Below, in pieces: positions 63,558-64,000 of a stretch of DNA of 64,000 nt. The notes under the pieces were generated by a model that was given only the letters and a program-made list of their open reading frames with translations, was not told where the DNA came from and searched no databases. Both the position numbers and the translations under genes were made by a program. Origin of the DNA: Vampirovibrionales bacterium (GTDB lineage Bacteria; Cyanobacteriota; Vampirovibrionia; Vampirovibrionales; JAJTHC01); contig JAYKHY010000011.1 in assembly GCA_035285025.1 (NCBI GenBank), positions 5,412 to 69,411 on the forward strand. Direction: 5' to 3'. Numbering within the stretch: the first letter of the stretch is position 1; each line of letters begins with the position of its first letter.

Positions 63558-64000
63558 GGCATTGTTATTTTTTGCTAATTCCTTAGTCCAATGCGCCAAT
63601 CGGCATAAGAGCGCTGTAGACATGTCTGAGTGGCGTTAAGTCCTTTGGCTATAGTATGTATATATTGCCTTGGCTTGAGCTTTAAACGCTTAAATTTTTT
63701 AAACTACGTAATTAGGGCCAAAACCCTGCTATAGCGTTAAGTCGCATTTTGAACGCATGGGATTTAGACACACTTGTTAACATTTAACGTCGTAGTTAAC
63801 AAACCCCTTGCAAAAGATTCTCCCTTGGGTGAATATACTTTCCCGAGCCGCCCCAAACGGGGTCGCGTTTCGGTGTAAAACGAATCTGGCTAATAATACT
63901 GTACTTTGACAACTGCATAGGCATGTAAATTATATCTTCTCCCGAGAAGCCGAAGTTACAGCCACGTCGTCTTAATCCTATTTGCGCGACGTGCAAAACA

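Noticed and set aside
63796-63996. 66-aa minus-strand ORF at the window end
   Set aside because: No SD, AT-rich non-coding context and truncated by the window edge, so it is treated as non-coding.

Overview
This is a 64-kb chromosomal segment from a high-GC (coding GC roughly in the high 50s %) diderm bacterium that makes LPS; lptD-like, waaA/kdtA, GT4 and GT9 genes, AmiC-type amidase, HtrA, and Fur and AttH-like proteins are all present. Codon usage is proteobacteria-like (GCG/CTG/CGC-rich). Most of the window is housekeeping: a solitary atpD, valS, ychF, rph, der, tsaD, ligA, lipB, gyrA, a UvrD-family helicase, a NupC-family transporter, a YbbA/YbbP/AttH-type ABC transporter, and two futalosine-pathway menaquinone genes (radical-SAM MqnC/E-like and MqnA/D-like). 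There are two tRNAs: tRNA-Pro(GGG) on the minus strand and tRNA-Arg(CCU) on the plus strand. There are no rRNA genes, no CRISPR array, and no transposase, integrase or IS element. The best candidate for something undescribed is the block at 31.1-36.1 kb between tsaD and a solute-binding-protein gene. It holds four tightly coupled genes for signal-peptide-less proteins, two of them LamG/ConA-like lectin-fold proteins of the kind seen in phage receptor-binding proteins. After a promoter gap comes a translationally coupled pair, a single-TM plus coiled-coil protein followed by a peptidase M15 PG endopeptidase, and then a GHSQG alpha/beta-hydrolase. This block is either a prophage tail-fibre plus lysis remnant or a holin/endopeptidase-dependent (T10SS-like) export cassette whose cargo would be the lectin-like proteins and the esterase. 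Other notable points: a tRNA-Arg-adjacent gene encoding a Q/G/Y/W-rich protein with 7 tandem QPQWGQ hexapeptides (18-bp tandem DNA repeats, likely length-variable); AT-rich mini-pockets with minus-strand small ORFs wedged between plus-strand housekeeping genes, one of them a glycine-zipper membrane protein; a T9 homopolymer splitting a small ORF remnant upstream of gyrA; an in-frame 60-nt partial duplication in the lipB catalytic motif region; and lineage-typical low-complexity inserts in several enzymes.
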